Assembly: GCA_963793425.1 (NCBI GenBank)
Contig: CAWCAG010000005.1
Coordinates: forward strand, 1,824,001 to 1,888,000
From: an uncultured cyanobacterium
GTDB taxonomy: Bacteria > Cyanobacteriota > Cyanobacteriia > Cyanobacteriales > CAWCAG01
Direction: 5' to 3'
Length of the DNA stretch: 64,000 nucleotides
The number at the start of each line of letters is the position of its first letter. Position 1 is the first letter of the stretch. Positions 61,658 to 64,000 of this stretch are shown one piece after another. The translations under genes and the position numbers were made by a program. Under the pieces are notes generated by a model. That model was given only the letters and a program-made list of their open reading frames with translations, did no database searches and had not been told where the DNA came from.

Positions 61658-62896
61658 TTGATGTTGAACTGGAAGTTTTGCCAAGCGAACTTGCTTTTAA
61701 TCACCCTCGTTTGCCTGCCTTTAGCAGCGAAAGCTGAGATTGAAGAAAACGATCCTAATGTCTGCCAAGTAACTGAACAACCTGCGGATTTGGATTGTTT
61801 GGTTTCTGAAGAAATTATCCCTAACGAATCCCTCGCTAAACTTCCAGAAGAATTAATTGGACCGATTACTATCAACAATGATTTGCCTGCTTCACCAATA
61901 AATGATAGTAGTAAAGAGTTGGTTGCTGACAGCGCTGGAGAAACTCAACCGGGAGACTGGTCTTCTGCTAGACCTGATGGTCATGCACCCATTGGTGTGA
62001 TGGGCGATCATGTTCATAAACAAGGAGAGTTTATGCTTTCCTATCGCTATATGTTTATGGAAATGGACGGTAACAGAGATGGTACTAATGATTTAACCGA
62101 CAGCGAAGTCTTGCAGAATTTCATGGTTACTCCTAAAAGGATGACTATGGAAATGCACATGATCGGGGCGATGTATGCACCCACAGATGACCTAACCTTA
62201 ATGGCAATGGTTCCTTTTGTTTCTTTGGAAATGGATCATGCTACCCGATCCGGAAGGACTTTTACTACTAATTCTGGAGGTATTGGCGATATCAAATTAA
62301 GCGGCTTGTATAATATTATGCGCCAAGATCGCCAGCGTATTCACCTTAATTTAGGGATAAGTATTCCTACAGGTTCCATTGAAGAAGAAGATGTTACCCC
62401 AGCTTCTGCCCCTAATGAGACGATTTTACCCTATCCGATGCAAATTGGTTCTGGTACTTTTGACCTGCTACCGGGTATTACTTATTTAGGGCAAACCGAT
62501 GATTTGTCTTGGGGTAGTCAGTTCAATACGGTGTTGCGTTTAGGAGAAAATAGTAACAACTATACTTTAGGCAACCAATATGCGTTGACTGGCTGGTTTG
62601 CCAAGAATTGGACAGATTGGTTGAGTACTTCTATTCGGTTGAATGGTAAAACTTGGGGAAATATAGATGGGGCAGATTCCCGCTTGAACCCTCGAATGAT
62701 TCCTACCGCAGACCCAGATAGGAGAGGCGGTACACGTCTTGATTTGGGTTTTGGTTTGAATCTTTATGCACCCCAAGGTGGGCTTAAGGGTGGGCGTTTG
62801 GCGGTGGAGTTCGAGTTGCCTATTTACCAATCCTTAGAAGGGCCACAATTGGAAACTAATTGGCAGTTGACTTTTGGGGGGCAGTATGCTTTTTGA
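61658..62896 (+). CDS. Outer-membrane beta-barrel transporter-like protein (His/Met-rich)
   Basis: Signal peptide, RPDGHAPIGVMGDH, alternating beta-strands, C-terminal YAF. Confidence 0.8.
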   Translation: MMLNWKFCQANLLLITLVCLPLAAKAEIEENDPNVCQVTEQPADLDCLVSEEIIPNESLAKLPEELIGPITINNDLPASPINDSSKELVADSAGETQPGDWSSARPDGHAPIGVMGDHVHKQGEFMLSYRYMFMEMDGNRDGTNDLTDSEVLQNFMVTPKRMTMEMHMIGAMYAPTDDLTLMAMVPFVSLEMDHATRSGRTFTTNSGGIGDIKLSGLYNIMRQDRQRIHLNLGISIPTGSIEEEDVTPASAPNETILPYPMQIGSGTFDLLPGITYLGQTDDLSWGSQFNTVLRLGENSNNYTLGNQYALTGWFAKNWTDWLSTSIRLNGKTWGNIDGADSRLNPRMIPTADPDRRGGTRLDLGFGLNLYAPQGGLKGGRLAVEFELPIYQSLEGPQLETNWQLTFGGQYAF

Positions 62897-63028
62897 TTAA
62901 GGTGCTAATAGCTAGTGGCTAGTTGCTAGAATCTTAGACTTGGTGAGGATCTTTTGATCGCAAATATTTAACAGGCGATCGCAAAAATCTTAGCTTTGCG
63001 ATCGCTCAATCAAATCTAGAACAGTTTT

Positions 63029-63559
63029 CTAAGCAACAGGAACTAAATCCACTTCATCTGTTCCTTCAGTTTCGGATTTACCAGAAGTAATTTCTTTACC
63101 ATTAACCTCAATGGCAAAAGGAGTGCCAGCTAAATTGAGATTGTAGTCAGTTTTTTCTGAAGTATAACCGACACTGGCAATCATTTTTCTACCTTCATCG
63201 GTGTAAAGAAAAGCTAACATTTGGTTTTTTTCTTGCTTATTATCGTAAGCCCAAACCACCATATACTGTTTTCCTTGGTAATCAAATACTTTAGGCGCAC
63301 GGGTGGGGACATAGCGCCCAGGATCGCCGAAGCTGGCATCAAGGAAGTTTTGTACAGAATCAGTTTCTACGTTGACGTAAGCTACTTCCTGAGCTGATTT
63401 TACCTCAGCTTCGTCTTTGCTTTCATCTACTGGTTCGGCTGGTTCATCTTCTTTGCCACGATTACGAAAATAATCTATTGCCATTTTTGTACCCACTGCC
63501 CCAGCCGCAGCGACACCTGCACCAGCTAAGACGTTACGAAGTTTTTTGAGTTGAACCAT
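63029..63559 (-). CDS. Hypothetical protein with N-terminal Gly/Ala-rich anchor
   Basis: 176-aa ORF. Confidence 0.8.
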   Translation of the reverse strand: MVQLKKLRNVLAGAGVAAAGAVGTKMAIDYFRNRGKEDEPAEPVDESKDEAEVKSAQEVAYVNVETDSVQNFLDASFGDPGRYVPTRAPKVFDYQGKQYMVVWAYDNKQEKNQMLAFLYTDEGRKMIASVGYTSEKTDYNLNLAGTPFAIEVNGKEITSGKSETEGTDEVDLVPVA

Positions 63560-63938
63560 TGGTTAACCTTTTGCTTGTTGATTTTCAAGAACTAACTCTT
63601 TAGATAAAATTACAAAATTGGCTTTTTTGCAAGTCAAAGTGGTCAGTTTATTTCTTTTTATTAAATAAAATATGGTGCTTTTCGTATTTATAAGCTGTAA
63701 ATGGCGATTAATTTGTCCTAGCAATTAATTATTTATTTGTAAAGAAAATAGTGACAGTTCGCTTATTTGGCACAGTGATTATTAGTTATTTAAGCTGGAA
63801 TCGCTATTTAATACCTTGACGATTACCAAAACTGTCACAGCAAATAAAAATATAGAAGTGATAGTTAATAGATTGAATTTAATTAGCTTGATGGTAAACA
63901 TTGTACCAGGTCGCTAATACCATTTCAGGATTTTAATT

Positions 63939-64000
63939 ATGAATAATGCTTATATTAATAGCATAGGTAAGTTTTTACCAGGAAACCCTATTAGTAATGG
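63939..64000 (+). CDS. 5' end of a beta-ketoacyl-ACP synthase III-like protein (partial)
   Basis: MNNAYINSIGKFLPGNPISN, typical KAS III/DarB-type N-terminus; cut by the window edge. Confidence 0.6.
   Translation, partial: MNNAYINSIGKFLPGNPISN

Noticed and set aside
62974..63005. Hairpin made of two HIP1 sites between convergent genes
   Set aside because: Probably a simple terminator-like stem; HIP1 is self-complementary and abundant.

Overview
Chromosomal segment of a cyanobacterium. Evidence: psaC, psbX, ycf66, roughly 35-40 HIP1 GCGATCGC sites counted by eye, heptamer STRR repeats and NtcA boxes. Most of it is core or typical cyanobacterial content: cruA-like cyclase, gltS, gluconokinase, plsC, ureC, aspartate aminotransferase, a clpC paralog, an Mrp-type antiporter operon, gatA, tRNA-Pro(GGG), trpS, a Gld-like ABC transporter, TolB-like lipoproteins and SLH proteins. 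The ORF track misses several elements: a DUF4278 gene behind an NtcA-overlapped promoter and a glutamine riboswitch, psbX, several pseudogenes, and 26-27 bp dispersed repeats. The most notable items are: (1) a hybrid kinase combining an ETR1-type ethylene-binding domain with a canonical LOV domain, upstream of a receiver-adenylate cyclase; (2) a Bell-like protein with a two-repeat amyloid-like tail, overlapping a broken TPR gene; (3) a four-helix-bundle (IVP/Avd-like) gene enclosed by inverted heptamer arrays; (4) a HIP1-free patchwork of toxin-antitoxin fragments carrying a HEPN-like/Zn-finger protein with a 249-bp tandem duplication; (5) a 2OG-Fe(II) dioxygenase-phosphotransferase fusion. 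All family calls are by eye from motifs; no searches were run.
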